DNA of 53,647 nucleotides, filler included, from Bipalium vagum (taxonomy: Eukaryota): assembly GCA_037834085.1 (NCBI GenBank). It is 3 parts of 3 records of this genome, joined end to end, with 100 filler letters (N's around TTAATTAATTAA, not from the genome) between each part and the next. Parts side by side here need not be neighbours in the genome. Positions count along the whole stretch, not along the records: positions 37,969 to 53,647 come from JBBMKC010152565.1; 2 more parts are not named here. One strand, 5' to 3'. The position numbers were made by a program, and so were the translations under genes. Below are positions 51,675 through 53,647 of this stretch, piece after piece; the stretch's first letter is position 1, and every line of letters starts with the position of its first letter. The notes under the pieces were generated by a model. It was given only the letters and a program-made list of their open reading frames with translations, made no database searches and had not been told where the DNA came from.

Positions 51675-52459
51675 TCATTGATCCATTAAGGTTCCTTTAT
51701 ACCGTTTGGCTCTCGCTTCCTCATTAGCCTAAAATAAATCAATAATTAAATATCTGTCAAATGAAAAAATACCTCGTCAACTAATCGCTTTTTTATCAAA
51801 CCCTTTCGAATCATTTCCCTTTCAATGATCTTGGCATTGACTGCATATGAGTCTGCAATCTCTTTAGCTTCAAGTTGCTCTTCTTCATCTTCAATCGTTG
51901 ACACTGTGATAGAACTGAATTTTCCCATTGTTCTTGTGGTTTTCGTTATGGTAATTCTGTCGTTGTATGTCTCTGAATCATTGGTTTCTGTTTTAACGGC
52001 AACTTGGTTGTTGACATTTATTGACACTGGAGTTATCAGTTCATTCTGGTACTTCAGTGCATCTTTCAAAATAAATCCAATCTACAAAATTTGCTTTCTA
52101 AGGAAGATATTTTGTGAAATTCTTACCACTGGTTTCTCTTCATCGTGCTGATAGAATAAATACAATTCACATTTCTTACATTTTCTTCGATATTGTTTTT
52201 CAATACCATCATCCCATTTGATGTAATATTTTTCTGGCTTACTGGCTGTAATTTTATGTACATGTTTTTTCGAATCAATTACCAGAGATTTGTCTCGAGG
52301 CCTTTGAGGTAGCTTTATTAAAGGGCAATCAATGATAAGACATAATTGTCCACACAAACAATAATAATTATATAATGGACGATCACTGGTATATTCCTCC
52401 TTATTTTGTTCATCAGTAACAACTATCGGGTTTTTATTATTATTCTTTGTATTAGACAT
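51675..52459 (-). CDS. STEEP1: STEEP1/CXorf56 (UPF0428) homolog, 231 aa; exons 52459-52127, 52081-51773, 51728-51675
   Basis: [78 protein letters not shown] and terminal KGTLMDQ* match CXorf56. Introns are 45 and 44 bp, GT-AG, phase 0. Confidence 0.95.
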
Positions 52460-53522
52460 AAATAAATATTTAGATTAAAAAAATTAATTTAAAATTACAT
52501 AAAATAATATGTAATATACAAACAAAGTAATTGTTAAAAAATATTCCAATGTGATCAAATTTTAAACTGGTTGATTAGTTGATTTTTTTTTCATATATAA
52601 AATAAATATTTAACATAAAGTATTTGCTTAAAAGGAAGACAAACATGAATTAAATAAGTTTTCTTGAACTCTGAGAAATGATTTTAAGAATAAGTAGGCT
52701 TGAAAACATTAAACTGGGAAATTTCAAAAAATTAACCATTAAATTTAAATTATTAAAAATACTTTAAGAATAATCTTGGTATTCAAATTTTAAATAAATA
52801 TAAATAATGCTTTTAAAAACATTAATAACTTCATAAATATATTAAAAATTTCATAATTATTTATTTATGATTATAAAGCCCTGTATTTTTAGAATAGTAG
52901 AATGCATAGTTTACAATTTTTAAGTATGTAATTAACAAAACATTTCTACTTTAAAAAAAATTATTTTTCTATATATATATATATATATCCTACAAATACG
53001 GATAACATATTTATTATTTCCTAAAATAAAAATATTAAATATTTTTGGATATCTAGGTTTCCTAATTTGCAAAAATTAATATATAAATGTCTGATATTAA
53101 TTTTGGATTTAGATTCAAATGGATTGGTTGTGATGGTTTATTTCAAATTGTTAGCTTAGACAGTTGAGTCTGGCTTGTCTTCATTGTTGGCTACGAGTTC
53201 TCATGCTGGGACTTAATAGTGTTTTTCATATTTTGTAAGAGTTGGAAAAGTCAATGTCATTAAGAAAATTTGATTAACAGAATCATAAATCAGAACAATA
53301 TAATTTTTAATCAATGGTTATTGCTAAGAACAATATTTACATATATTTTAGTGATGTTTTGTCATGTGGATACAGTGTAATAATCATTTTATTTTAGTTA
53401 TTTGTTTATTAAATTTTTTAAATTAATTTTTTAATAATAATAAAGAGATAATTTCAAGGATCAAATAGGTAATAATAGTGATAAAAATATAAAAGAAAAT
53501 AATAATAAATAAATTAGTAAAA

Positions 53523-53524
<2 letters not shown>

Positions 53525-53573
<49 letters not shown>
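53525..53573. repeat. (TAA)n microsatellite
   Basis: Visible directly in the sequence. Confidence 0.95.
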
Positions 53574-53647
53574 TGTTAGTTACTGCCACGTTATCGACAG
53601 TTTCAGTATTCAAAAACTCGAGATTGTTTAACATTTTTATTTCAAGA

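Noticed and set aside
192-52151. Many short ORFs antisense to real genes or transposases (e.g. 192-374, 10273-10500, 39866-40165, 40561-40932, 51825-52151)
   Set aside because: Shadow ORFs or chance ORFs in AT-rich DNA with no recognisable motifs.
1-53647. CRISPR array or prokaryotic operon
   Set aside because: No regularly spaced repeat-spacer array was seen, and the genes carry spliceosomal introns and animal-type domains.

Overview
This is very AT-rich eukaryotic (animal) genomic DNA from a draft scaffold, with six N-gaps, two of them carrying an artificial TTAATTAATTAA linker. Three spliced protein genes can be reconstructed on the minus strand with in-phase GT-AG introns: an Ets-1/pointed-class ETS transcription factor (10141-13269), an AMN1-like LRR gene (45804-49264) and STEEP1/CXorf56 (51675-52459). 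One large Roundabout-like Ig-Ig-FN3 exon lies on the plus strand (19721-~20584). The rest is a transposon graveyard: about a dozen mariner relics (one with both TIRs), a DD37D/maT-like relic, pogo-type MITEs, an R2/NeSL/Utopia-type RT fragment, a probable Penelope relic and a decayed Polinton/adintovirus-type PolB. The most unusual item is a small mobile unit found twice in opposite orientation (37037-37149 and 45349-45607). It has a tRNA-Ala-like core inside inverted termini ending TG...CA and is flanked by 5-bp target-site duplications. The second copy sits in a mariner 5' leader and carries about 150 bp of what looks like a captured gene 3' end. The 43-57 bp introns and AT richness would fit an invertebrate such as a flatworm, but that is inference only. 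All family assignments come from motifs recognised by eye, not from database searches.
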